From an uncultured Actinomycetota bacterium (lineage in GTDB: Bacteria; Actinomycetota; Actinomycetes; JAFAQI01), in NCBI GenBank assembly GCA_963770565.1, contig CAVYQE010000006.1:96001-160000 (forward strand): a stretch of 64,000 nt of DNA. The letters run 5' to 3'. This document shows positions 39,720 through 48,741 of this stretch, in pieces. The translations under genes and the position numbers were made by a program. The notes beneath the pieces are model-generated. The model did not search any database, was not told where the DNA came from, and worked only from the letters and a program-made list of their open reading frames with translations. How positions within the stretch are numbered: the first letter of the stretch is position 1; each line of letters begins with the position of its first letter.

Positions 39720-39737
39720 AGATGAGGATACTCATCT
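39720..39737. promoter_or_regulatory. Putative operator 11
   Basis: AGATG-AGGATACT-CATCT, near-perfect 18-bp palindrome upstream of MFS-LivF. Confidence 0.72.
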
Positions 39738-39757
39738 CGGGCCGACGGATGCTGCGA

Positions 39758-40882
39758 TCATCGAGATCCCCCGAGCCCGAGCGCGACCCGGGTGATCAGG
39801 CCGCGCATGATCTCGGACGTACCACCCCCGATCGTCTCGCACAGCGACTGCCGCCACAGGAACTCCAGCCAGGTCCCGCGGACCAGCGCCTCCGGGGCGG
39901 CCAGGTCCATCGCGGTGCGCGCGATCCGCTGCGCCAGCTCGCTCCCGGCCAGCTTGTTGCAGGCCGCCTCGACCACGGCCGGGACCTGCGCCTCGACGGC
40001 GGCGAGCATCACCAGCGCGAGCGCCTGGACCTCGGCGAGGCCGACCGCGAGGTCGGCGAGCCGCGCGCGCACGATCGGGTCGCGATCACGCCCGGACTCG
40101 CGGGCCCACGCCACCAGGTCCTCGAAGTCGCGCAGGCAGCGCTTCGGGGCGAACTGCACGTGCCGCTCGGTCGCCAGCGCCTCGGAGATGATCGTCCACG
40201 CCGCGTTCTCGTCGCCGACCCGGTTGGCGACGGGCACGCGCACGTCGTCGAAGCGGAATTCGTTGAACCGCTCGCCGTCGATGGCCGGCACCGGCGACAC
40301 GCTGATGCCCGGGCTGCGCCGGTCGACGATCAGCAGGGTCAGGCCGCGCGAACGGCTCTCGATTGTGCCGGTGCGGCACAGCATCCACAGATAGTCGGCC
40401 CGGTGCCCGCCCGAGGTCCACCGCTTCTCGCCGTTGAGCACGTACTCGTCGCCGACGAGCTCGGCCCGCAGCCGGACCCCGCCGAGGTCCGACCCGGCTT
40501 CGGGCTCGGAGTAGCCGAGGGAGAAGAACGTCGTGCCGGCGCGAAGCCCGGGCAGGAACCGCTCGCGTTGCTCCTCGTTGCCGTGGCTGATGATCGTCTT
40601 GGCCACGATCCCGGACCCGAGCGGCGGTCGCGCGGCCCGCGCGTAGGCCATCTCGTCCCACAGCAGGTACTCGTAGACCGGCGACTTGGCCGCGCCGCCG
40701 GCGCTCTCCGGCCAGGCCAGTGACAACCAGCCGCGCTTGCCGAGTGCCTGGTAGAGCGCCCGTACGCCGTCGTCGTACGAGCCTTCGTGGTGATAGAAGC
40801 CGTCCAGGCCCTGGAAGTCGCGGAGGAAGTCGACCACCTCGAGCCGGAACGCCTCCTGCTCAGGCGCGAGCGTTGGGTTCAC
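39758..40882 (-). CDS. Acyl-CoA dehydrogenase
   Basis: LGYSEPEAGSDL, NGEKRWTS, FNEFRFDD and GGGTSEIMR motifs; GTG start at 40882. Confidence 0.92.
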   Translation of the reverse strand: MNPTLAPEQEAFRLEVVDFLRDFQGLDGFYHHEGSYDDGVRALYQALGKRGWLSLAWPESAGGAAKSPVYEYLLWDEMAYARAARPPLGSGIVAKTIISHGNEEQRERFLPGLRAGTTFFSLGYSEPEAGSDLGGVRLRAELVGDEYVLNGEKRWTSGGHRADYLWMLCRTGTIESRSRGLTLLIVDRRSPGISVSPVPAIDGERFNEFRFDDVRVPVANRVGDENAAWTIISEALATERHVQFAPKRCLRDFEDLVAWARESGRDRDPIVRARLADLAVGLAEVQALALVMLAAVEAQVPAVVEAACNKLAGSELAQRIARTAMDLAAPEALVRGTWLEFLWRQSLCETIGGGTSEIMRGLITRVALGLGGSR

Positions 40883-41709
40883 GAATGCCCGTCGGTGTCG
40901 CGCGGCGGCTCGTACCACTCGGGCGTTCGCTTCTCGGCAAAGGCCTTCGGCCCTTCCTTGAAGTCCGGGTGCCCCCAGTGCATCCGCGCGAGCGCCCAGC
41001 CGTACTCCATCGAGTGGGTGTAGCCGGTCTCCAGCGAGTTCCATAGGGCCTGCATCGACAGCGTCACCGCGGCCGGCGAGTTGGCCGCGATCTGATGCGC
41101 GATCTCGTCGGCGGTCTCCTGCAGCTTGTCCAGCGGGACGACCTCTTCGATCATCCCGAGCTGGTACGCCCGCTCCGCGGTGAGCCGAAATGCCTTGCCG
41201 CACAACGTCATTCGCAGCGCGGTGCCGAGCGGGAGGCGCTTCGCCAGCCCGATGTTCTCGATCGCGCCGACCATGCCGACGTTGACGTGGGTGTCGACGA
41301 AGGTCGCGTTCTCCGACGCCACGACGATGTCCGCGTCAACGACGAAGTGGAAGCCGCCCCCCGCGACCGTCCCGTTCACTGCGGTGACGGTCGGCTTCCA
41401 CACCCGGTTCTGGCGCGGCGACCAGAAGACCTCGTCGGTCAGTGGGCCCTGACCGGCGCTCACCCCGCCGCGGCTCGCGACCGCACCCATGTCGGCGCCG
41501 GTGCAGAAGTGCCGCTCGCCGGCCGCGGTGACCATCGCCACCCGGATCCACGGGTCGTCGCGGACCTCGGCCCAGATCGCCTTCAGCGGTTCGATCATGG
41601 TCGCGTGCAGCGCGTTCGACCGCTCGGGCCGGTTGAGGGTGATGTAGGCGATGTGGTCGCGCTTCTCGTAGATCAAGCCGGGCAGCTCGCCGGTCAGGTC
41701 GATGGACAA
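40879..41709 (-). CDS. Enoyl-CoA hydratase/isomerase (crotonase) family protein
   Basis: ITLNRPERSNAL, FCTGADM, AVNGTVAGGG and KAFAEKRTPEW motifs; AGGAGG RBS before TTG 41709. Confidence 0.92.
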   Translation of the reverse strand: MSIDLTGELPGLIYEKRDHIAYITLNRPERSNALHATMIEPLKAIWAEVRDDPWIRVAMVTAAGERHFCTGADMGAVASRGGVSAGQGPLTDEVFWSPRQNRVWKPTVTAVNGTVAGGGFHFVVDADIVVASENATFVDTHVNVGMVGAIENIGLAKRLPLGTALRMTLCGKAFRLTAERAYQLGMIEEVVPLDKLQETADEIAHQIAANSPAAVTLSMQALWNSLETGYTHSMEYGWALARMHWGHPDFKEGPKAFAEKRTPEWYEPPRDTDGHS

Positions 41710-41723
41710 GGTTCCTCCTGTTG

Positions 41724-42662
41724 TCACAAGCCGTACGGAGCGAGGACGGCGGCGGTTGTGTCGGTGAGCATCGCGGCGAGCGCGGCGGTCTGGCGGATCT
41801 GCTGACTCAGGCCGCCGATCGGACCCTCGACCGTGAAGCCCATCGCGCCGAGCGTCTGGTGGGCGCGGTAGGCGGTCTCGGTCGCGGCGGTTGCGGCTGA
41901 CTGGCGGGCGGTCACGGCCCGCGAGCGGCGGCCGGCGTCGTCGGTGTCGAACGCGTGCGCTGCAAGTCGAATCAGGGTGTCCGCGGCGGCCAGTTGCAGA
42001 TGGCAGTTCGCCAGCGGGTGCGCGGTCGCCTGAAAGTCGCCGATCGCCCGGCCGAACTGCGTGCGCTGGCCGGCGTACGTCACAGCCGCGTCGAGCAGGC
42101 GCTGCCCGGCTCCGCGCAGGTACGCTGCCGCAGCGATCTCGCCGAGCGTCGCGGCCTCGGGCCAGGTCGGCAGCTCCTCGTCGCGTTCGAGTGTGCAGCG
42201 GCCCCACGGCTCGCCGGCCAGCGTCTCGACGGCTTCGATCGGACCGACGGCGTGCGCGAGGTACGCCGTACCTCCGTCGATCTCGACGAACACCTCCGCG
42301 ACCGGCGCCCACGGCATGAGCGGCGGCACGCCCATCGAGACGAGGGTCTGGCCGGTCGCGATCCGGTCGGCGTCCGCTGGACCGAGCGCGCGGGCCGCGA
42401 CCAGGGTCGCGATCAGCGGGCCGCGTACGCCGGCCCGGCCGAGCTCGATCCCGGTCGCCGCAAGCACGTCCGCGCTGCCGCCGTCCGGCGCGGTCAGCCC
42501 GAACACCCCCAACGCGGCCAGCTCGTTCCAGCGCTCGGGCGAGAACGCGGCCGGCTCGGCGCTACCGGTCTCGGCGCTCGAGGCATCGCTCCGGCTGCAC
42601 ATCGTGCGCACCGCGGCAGCGAGTTCGCGCGCCTCCGGCGAGTAGGAGAGGTCGATGCTCAC
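41724..42662 (-). CDS. Short acyl-CoA dehydrogenase partner subunit
   Basis: RTQFGRAIGDFQA and QTLGAMGFTVE motifs; 312 aa; lacks the SEP-GSD motif. Confidence 0.85.
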   Translation of the reverse strand: MSIDLSYSPEARELAAAVRTMCSRSDASSAETGSAEPAAFSPERWNELAALGVFGLTAPDGGSADVLAATGIELGRAGVRGPLIATLVAARALGPADADRIATGQTLVSMGVPPLMPWAPVAEVFVEIDGGTAYLAHAVGPIEAVETLAGEPWGRCTLERDEELPTWPEAATLGEIAAAAYLRGAGQRLLDAAVTYAGQRTQFGRAIGDFQATAHPLANCHLQLAAADTLIRLAAHAFDTDDAGRRSRAVTARQSAATAATETAYRAHQTLGAMGFTVEGPIGGLSQQIRQTAALAAMLTDTTAAVLAPYGL

Positions 42663-43588
42663 GCGGATCGAAGCGACCAGCGCGATTCGGCGACGGCCCG
42701 GCCAGGTGGTGTCATCGCCTCAGCCTCCCGCACCAGGGCGGGAATCCGCATCGTCCACAGATGCAGGTCGTACTCGGTGGTGAATCCCATCGCGCCGGTG
42801 AGCTGATGGGTCTCGGTCATGATCCGCTTGGCGGCGGTCACCGCATGGGCGAGCGCGGCCGCGGAGTTCTGCGTCGGTGCGCCGTTCCAGGCGGCCTCCA
42901 GGGCGAGCCAGCGGCTGCCCTCCGCGAGCACCGTCGACTCGGCGAGGCGGTGTTGCAGGGCCTGGAACGAGCCGATCGGGCGCCCGAACTGGTGGCGGTC
43001 GCGGACGTAGGTGATCGTGTGCTCCAGGGCCGCCGTCATGGTGCCGACCAGCTCGATCGCCAGGGCCACCCGCCACCAGGCCGTCGCCCGCTCGGGCAGC
43101 ACGCCCGGCACCACCTCGCCGGGATCGGATCCGACCCGTCCGATCGGATATCCGTACGCCGACCGGACCCGTTCGCCGTCGCCACTCGCGGCGATCAGCC
43201 GGACCTCGTCGTCGCCCACGACCAGGATCGTGGTCGCATCGGCGACGTAGCGGGCCGGCCCGCGGGCGCCGGCGCGAACGACCGCGATCGGGCCGTCCGG
43301 CAGCTCGCCGATCGTGGCCGGCGCGATCAGGCAGGTCGCACCCGCAGTGATCACCCCGAGCGAGCGGGCGACCGCCTCGACGACGAGCGCGGCCTCGAGC
43401 GGTCCGGTGTCGGGACTCTGAAAGCAGCTCGTGTATCCGGACCGCGTCAGCTCCCACGCCAGCTCCGTGTCATAGCGCGGCTCGACCCCGCCGAGCGCGC
43501 GGATCCGGTCCGGCCCGGCGTGGCGATCGAGCAACGTGGTGACTGCGTCGAGCAGGGCCCGCTGCTCGTCATCGAGCACGAATCGCAT
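42659..43588 (-). CDS. Short acyl-CoA dehydrogenase partner subunit
   Basis: RHQFGRPIGSFQALQH and QLTGAMGFTTEYDLH motifs; 309 aa. Confidence 0.85.
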   Translation of the reverse strand: MRFVLDDEQRALLDAVTTLLDRHAGPDRIRALGGVEPRYDTELAWELTRSGYTSCFQSPDTGPLEAALVVEAVARSLGVITAGATCLIAPATIGELPDGPIAVVRAGARGPARYVADATTILVVGDDEVRLIAASGDGERVRSAYGYPIGRVGSDPGEVVPGVLPERATAWWRVALAIELVGTMTAALEHTITYVRDRHQFGRPIGSFQALQHRLAESTVLAEGSRWLALEAAWNGAPTQNSAAALAHAVTAAKRIMTETHQLTGAMGFTTEYDLHLWTMRIPALVREAEAMTPPGRAVAESRWSLRSA

Positions 43589-43591
43589 CGC

Positions 43592-44737
43592 TCAGCGCTC
43601 CCGCGGAAGCTTCAACGCAAGCTGCGCGATCATGTTGAGCTGCATCTCGTAGGTGCCGGCGGCAACCCCGGCGACCATCGACTTGCGCAGCTGCTCGTCG
43701 GCGATCGACCCGTAGACCAGTCCCTCGTCGGCCATCAGCTCACCGGCGACCGCACCGACCGCGCGTTCGGCCTGCACCATCGCCGCTCTGGCGAGATAGA
43801 CGTTCGGGCTCGGCGGCAGCCCGAGGCAGCGCTCGTCGATGACCCGGTACGCCAGCAGCCGGGCGGCTTCGCACGACGCCCGAGCCTGGCCGATCCGCTC
43901 GGCCAATGAGGCCGAGAGCTCGATGCCGTTAGAGTCCGCCCAGTCGACCAGCTGGTCGAGGACGTACGCCGCCCGGGCGTACCGCGGCGCGCCGACCCGC
44001 TCGAATGCGAGCGCCTCCCGGACCACCGCCCAGCCCTGGTCCTCGTCGCCGAGCCGGCAGTCGACCGGCACCCGCATGTCGGTGAAGACCAGTTCGTGGA
44101 AGGCGTGGCCGCCGACCACGGACGGGATCGCGTTGATCTCGAAGCCCTCGGTGTCGGTCGGCACAAGCAAGACCGAGATGCCCCGGTGCCGCTCCGCATC
44201 CGCGTTGGTGCGCACGAGCAGGTAGCAGAACTGCGCCGATGCGGCGTACGACGTCCAGACCTTCCGACCGTTGACGACGTAGTCGTCGCCGTCCCTCACC
44301 GCACGGGTGCGGAGCGAGGCGAGGTCGGAGCCGGCGTCGGGCTCGGAGAAACCCTGGCACCAGATCACGTCGCCCTTCGCGATCCGGGGCAGATGCAGCC
44401 GCTTCTGCTCCTCGGTCCCGTGCGCCATGATCGACGGGCCGATCCAGTTGACGTTCATGTACTGCGGGCCGCGCGGCTCGCCGATCGACCACATCTCCTC
44501 GGCCATGATCAGGTGCTGCCACGGCGAAGCGCCGGCGCCGCCGTACTCCTCGGGCCAGTGCGGCGTCAACCAGCCGCGGGCGGCGAGGGCTTTGGCGAAT
44601 CCGAACGAATGCTCGACGTTGGCCTCGGATCCGAGCTTCTGGGCCTCGCCGGACCAGTCGTCACCGAGGTCGCTGGCGAGGAACGCGCGCAACTCCTTGC
44701 GAAAGGTGAGGTCCTCGTCTGACCACCCGAACTCCAT
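43592..44737 (-). CDS. Acyl-CoA dehydrogenase
   Basis: WCQGFSEPDAGSDLA, NGRKVWTS, LAFERVG and AAGTYEMQ motifs. Confidence 0.92.
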   Translation of the reverse strand: MEFGWSDEDLTFRKELRAFLASDLGDDWSGEAQKLGSEANVEHSFGFAKALAARGWLTPHWPEEYGGAGASPWQHLIMAEEMWSIGEPRGPQYMNVNWIGPSIMAHGTEEQKRLHLPRIAKGDVIWCQGFSEPDAGSDLASLRTRAVRDGDDYVVNGRKVWTSYAASAQFCYLLVRTNADAERHRGISVLLVPTDTEGFEINAIPSVVGGHAFHELVFTDMRVPVDCRLGDEDQGWAVVREALAFERVGAPRYARAAYVLDQLVDWADSNGIELSASLAERIGQARASCEAARLLAYRVIDERCLGLPPSPNVYLARAAMVQAERAVGAVAGELMADEGLVYGSIADEQLRKSMVAGVAAGTYEMQLNMIAQLALKLPRER

Positions 44738-44801
44738 GCTCCACCTGCCCTCGGCACTGTCGGGGGATCTCGTTCAGTGGTCGGCGAGTATCCGTAAGAA
44801 G

Positions 44802-44819
44802 ATTACAGGATACTAAATA
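44802..44819. promoter_or_regulatory. Putative operator 12 (possible second core AGTATCCG at 44787-44794)
   Basis: ATT-AC-AGGATACT-AA-ATA upstream of the ACAD operon. Confidence 0.7.
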
Positions 44820-44836
44820 GCGCGACAAGCGAACGA

Positions 44837-46390
44837 TCAAGCGCCGGCGCCGGGGTATCCGCCGCCGCCGTGTTCGGCGTCGACGGCGGCCCGGTCGACG
44901 AACCCGACCGCGGTGCGCGGCAGGGCGGCGACGAAGACGACCGAGGTCGGCTTCTTGTACGACGCGATCCGCTGCCGGCAGTGCTCGACGATGTCGGCCT
45001 CGGTCACGTCCGCGCCTTCGCGCGCGACGACGACCGCGCGTACCCGCTGCACCCACTTGTCGTCGGGGATCCCGATGACGCAGACGTCCGCGACGCCGGG
45101 GTGGGAGCGCACCGCGTCCTCGACCTCGGCCGGATAGACGTTCTCGGCGCCGGACTTGATCATCGCGACCTTCGGCCCGATGAACGTGATCGAGCCATCG
45201 GGCTCCCGACGGCCGAGGTCGTTGCTGTGGTGCCAGCCGTCGCGACTGCGCTCGGTGTTCTCGGTGGTCCGGTTGAAGTACTCGGTCATGACGGTCGGGC
45301 CGCGCATCACGATCTCGCCGACCTCGGACCGGCCGACCTCGTCGCCGGCATCGTCGACAATCCGGATCTGGATCGCCGGCGAGGACCGTCCCGTGGTGCC
45401 GGTGCTGTCGCTGCCGAGACCGCGGAAGGTGGTGAGGCCGATCGCCTCGGTCTGCCCGTAGCCGCCGGGACGCCGGTCCCACGGCGTGCCGTGCGGCGTG
45501 ACCATCGTCGTGTGGTGGTCATCGAGGTCCGGGCTGGTCCAGAGGCTGGACAGGTCGTACCGATGGTCGGCGTTGGCCGCGCGGATCGCCTCGGCGGTCG
45601 GCCCCGGGATGAACGCGTGTGTCACGCGGTGGCGCTGGATCAGCTCGCACATCTCCGGCGCGTCCGCCCGGGCGGTGAAGACGTTGAGCCCGCCGTGGTG
45701 CAGCGTGGCCAGCGTCAGCATCAAGGTCGCGATGTGAAAGAGCGGGCCGGCGTTGAGGTTCACCGACGTGTCGGACACGTCGTGGGTCCGGCCGATGACC
45801 AGGTTCTGCAGGATCAGCCCGCCGTGGGTCAGCAGGGCGGCGTTCGGCCGGCCACCGAAGGCGGCGGTGTAGATCGCGAGGCAGGGCGTGTCGAACCGGA
45901 TCTCGCTGCTGCTGGCCGGCTCACCGGCACCGGACTGCGCGAACGCCTCGTACCCGTCGTCGCTGTCGTGCTGCAACCACAGTGCCTCGTCGGCGGACAC
46001 CGACTCGGCGCGAGCCTGCGTCACCATCTCGCCGACCTGTGCCTCCTGCCAGATCGCAACCGCAGGTCGCAGGTCGTCGATGACGAACGCGGTCTCCTGG
46101 GCCGACTGCCGCCAGTTGACCGGGCAGAAGATCGCGCCGACCCGAGCGGCCGCGAGCAGGCTTTCGAGCGTGCGGAACGAGTTCTGGCCGAACCAGGCGA
46201 CCCGGTCGCCGAGGCCGACACCGACCCGCGCAAAGGCGGCCGCGAGCCGCTCCACCCGCGCGTCGAACTCCGGATAGGTCAGCACGAGGTCGCCGTCCGC
46301 GACCGCCGGAAAGCCCGGATGGGAGCGAGCCCGTTCTTGCAGGACCTCGCCGAGTGTGAATGAGTGTCGGGCGTCGAAGCTGGTCGTCAT
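44837..46390 (-). CDS. AMP-binding acyl-CoA ligase
   Basis: Divergent P-loop YTAAFGGRPNA; GPLFHIA, GYGQTE and IKSGAENVYPAEVE motifs. Confidence 0.88.
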   Translation of the reverse strand: MTTSFDARHSFTLGEVLQERARSHPGFPAVADGDLVLTYPEFDARVERLAAAFARVGVGLGDRVAWFGQNSFRTLESLLAAARVGAIFCPVNWRQSAQETAFVIDDLRPAVAIWQEAQVGEMVTQARAESVSADEALWLQHDSDDGYEAFAQSGAGEPASSSEIRFDTPCLAIYTAAFGGRPNAALLTHGGLILQNLVIGRTHDVSDTSVNLNAGPLFHIATLMLTLATLHHGGLNVFTARADAPEMCELIQRHRVTHAFIPGPTAEAIRAANADHRYDLSSLWTSPDLDDHHTTMVTPHGTPWDRRPGGYGQTEAIGLTTFRGLGSDSTGTTGRSSPAIQIRIVDDAGDEVGRSEVGEIVMRGPTVMTEYFNRTTENTERSRDGWHHSNDLGRREPDGSITFIGPKVAMIKSGAENVYPAEVEDAVRSHPGVADVCVIGIPDDKWVQRVRAVVVAREGADVTEADIVEHCRQRIASYKKPTSVVFVAALPRTAVGFVDRAAVDAEHGGGGYPGAGA

Positions 46391-46409
46391 CGGTTCCTTC
46401 CGGCCTCGC

Positions 46410-46427
46410 TATTCCGTATACTCTATC
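46410..46427. promoter_or_regulatory. Putative operator 13
   Basis: TAT-TC-CGTATACT-CT-ATC between two divergent CoA ligases. Confidence 0.7.
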
Positions 46428-46455
46428 GGTCGACCCCGGCCCGAGAGGCGGCTGC

Positions 46456-47733
46456 ATGCCCAACGACAATCCGGACCGCGAACTATGGGACGAGTCGGTC
46501 CAGAGCGTTGATCCGGCAACTCTTCGGCGTCAAGCCGAGGAGGGACTGCAGGCCCAGTGGGAGCGAGTCTGGGAGTTGCCGCTGCAGTTCTATCAGGAGC
46601 GTTACGAGCGGGCCGGGTTCGATCGCACCCAGATGCCGCCGCTCGAGGACATCCCCCGTACGACGAAGGCCGACCACCGACAGAACGAGGCCGAGCATCC
46701 GCCGTGGGGGACCCATCGAAGCGTGAGCCTCGAGCAAGCGGCCCGGCTGGCCGTCACGACCGGTACGACCGGCAAGCCGTGGATGATCTTCTATAGCGCG
46801 CGCGATCTCGACACGATGGTCGAGATGCAGTTCCAGCACACCTGGCGGACCGGGGTGCGGTCGGGTGACCACTTCACCCACAGCTGGCCGGGCGGGCTGT
46901 ATCCGACCGCGGTGCTCGGCGGGCGGCACCTGCTCGCCCTCGGCATCCTCGAGATCCCGGTCGGGCCGCCGTTCACGCCCGAGCAGGCGGCCTCACACGT
47001 CGAGCTGTGGCGCGACCTCGGCGTCGACGCGCTGATGTGCACCGGATCGCAGCTGCAGACCTACGACAGCGCGGCCCGTTCGATCGGGGTCGACCTGGCC
47101 GACATCCTGACCGGCGCCAAGCTGATGTTCCTCGAGGCCAGCTGCCAGATGGAAGGGCCCCGCAAGCGGGTCGAGAGCGCGTACGGCGTACGGCTGCACA
47201 ACATCAGCGGGGCCGGCGAGATCCCAGGCTTCGTCACCAGCGACTGCCGGTTCCACACCGGACTGCACGCGCCGGGCAGCAACTACCTGCTCCAGGTGTG
47301 CGATCCCGAGACCGGCAAGCCGGTCGCGCCGGGGGAGCGCGGCACGATGGTCATGTCGATGTGGGGGATGGACGCGTTCTATCTCCGCTACGACATCGAG
47401 GACATCGTCATCGAGTCGACCGAGCCGTGCCCGTGCGGGCAGACCGGGCCGCGCTACACCTTGATCGGTCGCGGTGCCGACAAGGCGATCGTGGACGGCC
47501 GGATGATCCTGCCGCTCGACGTCCAGCTCGCTCTTGACGACCTCGGTGCGCCGGAGTTCGTCCTGAGCGCCGGCGAGCACTCCGAGCTTCAGGTCCGGGT
47601 CGAGTCGGAAGCGGCCAGCGCGGAGCAGGTGCGCGCCGCGCTCGCGGAGCAACTCGGCGTACCGGTCTCGGTCGAGGAAGTGGCGACCGGATCGCTGCCG
47701 AGAGCCACCTTCAAGCCGCGACGAATCGCGTGA
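46456..47733 (+). CDS. Phenylacetate-CoA ligase (PaaK)-like adenylate-forming enzyme
   Basis: IPRTTKAD, TTGTTGKP, LRYDIEDI, CPCGQT and GSLPR..FKPRR motifs. Confidence 0.85.
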   Translation: MPNDNPDRELWDESVQSVDPATLRRQAEEGLQAQWERVWELPLQFYQERYERAGFDRTQMPPLEDIPRTTKADHRQNEAEHPPWGTHRSVSLEQAARLAVTTGTTGKPWMIFYSARDLDTMVEMQFQHTWRTGVRSGDHFTHSWPGGLYPTAVLGGRHLLALGILEIPVGPPFTPEQAASHVELWRDLGVDALMCTGSQLQTYDSAARSIGVDLADILTGAKLMFLEASCQMEGPRKRVESAYGVRLHNISGAGEIPGFVTSDCRFHTGLHAPGSNYLLQVCDPETGKPVAPGERGTMVMSMWGMDAFYLRYDIEDIVIESTEPCPCGQTGPRYTLIGRGADKAIVDGRMILPLDVQLALDDLGAPEFVLSAGEHSELQVRVESEAASAEQVRAALAEQLGVPVSVEEVATGSLPRATFKPRRIA

Positions 47734-48554
47734 GCGCCGTCTTCTGGGTCGACGGTGCGCTGGTCGCCGACGGCGCGCCCGCGTTGCGGCCCGATGACCA
47801 CGGGTTGGTCGGCGACGGCGCGTTCGAAGCGATCAAGGTGCGCGCCGGCAAGCCGTTCGCGATGACCCGCCACATCAACCGGCTCCTGCGCTCGGCCGGG
47901 GCTCTTGGTATCAAGCCGGACCTCGAGCTGATCCACCGCGGCGTGGCCGAGATCGTCCAGCAGGACCTCGCCCGCGCCGGCAACTGCTGGCTGCGGATCA
48001 CGGTGACCGGCGGCAGTGCACCGATGGGCACCGGCGGCGTCGGCACGGTGCCGACCGTCGTCATCGCGCTCGCGCCGATGGCGCCGTGGGGCCCGACCTG
48101 CGATGTCGCGATCACGCCGTGGTCGCGCAACCAGAACGCACCGACCGCAGGCCTGAAGACGATCTCGTACGCCGACAACGTGATCGCGCTGCGCTGGGCG
48201 CACGAGCGCGGCGCCGACGAAGCGCTCTTCACCAACACCGCCGGTGTGCTCTGCGAGGGAACTGGCACGAACGTCTATGTCGCCGTCGATGGTGAAGTGC
48301 ACACGCCACCGCTGTCGGGCGGCTGCCTGTCCGGGGTGACCCGCGAGCTGTTGATCGAGCACGGCGTGGTTGCGGAAGGCGACATCTCGCCGGACCAGTT
48401 CCGCAAGGCACCCGAGGCGTTCCTCACCTCGACCAGTCGCGACGTCCATCCCATCGCCACTGTCGACGGCGTACCGCTTCCCACCGCCCCCGGACCGCTG
48501 ACCGTGAAGGCCGCCGAGGCGTTCCGCGAGATCGCCAAGGCCGACGACCCCTGA
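47730..48554 (+). CDS. Class IV PLP aminotransferase / aminodeoxychorismate lyase-like
   Basis: DHGLVGDGAFE, GLKTISY (PLP Lys), EGTGTNV and LSGVTR motifs. Confidence 0.9.
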   Translation: MSAVFWVDGALVADGAPALRPDDHGLVGDGAFEAIKVRAGKPFAMTRHINRLLRSAGALGIKPDLELIHRGVAEIVQQDLARAGNCWLRITVTGGSAPMGTGGVGTVPTVVIALAPMAPWGPTCDVAITPWSRNQNAPTAGLKTISYADNVIALRWAHERGADEALFTNTAGVLCEGTGTNVYVAVDGEVHTPPLSGGCLSGVTRELLIEHGVVAEGDISPDQFRKAPEAFLTSTSRDVHPIATVDGVPLPTAPGPLTVKAAEAFREIAKADDP

Positions 48555-48580
48555 CCACGCGCGTCCCGCCCGCGGCTGCG

Positions 48581-48741
48581 ATGGCGGTTTAGCAACGCTA
48601 GAGCGTGGTTATCCCGCCATGGGCGTGGCCAACCCGCTACGCCGGCGCGGCCCGTGTCCCGCCGTCGGTTTCTATGGCCGTTTAGCAACGCTAGAGCGTG
48701 GTTATCCCGCCATGGGCGTGGACAACCCGCTACGCCGGCGC
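48581..48741. repeat. Tandem duplication (68-nt unit, 93-nt period) containing family-B 40-nt hairpins
   Basis: ATGGC(G/C)GTTTAGCAACGCTAGAGCGTGGTTATCCCGCCATGGGCGTGG(C/A)CAACCCGCTACGCCGGCGC at 48581-48648 and 48674-48741; two mismatches. Confidence 0.9.

Noticed and set aside
39758-44737. Canonical cholesterol (KstR/KstR2) catabolic cluster
   Set aside because: No TetR regulator, kstD, ksh, hsa or ipdAB genes in the window, and the recurring operator is GntR-like.
48581-48741. Tandem repeat as a mini-CRISPR
   Set aside because: Only two units; the 68-nt repeat is too long, it overlaps a gene end, and there are no cas genes.
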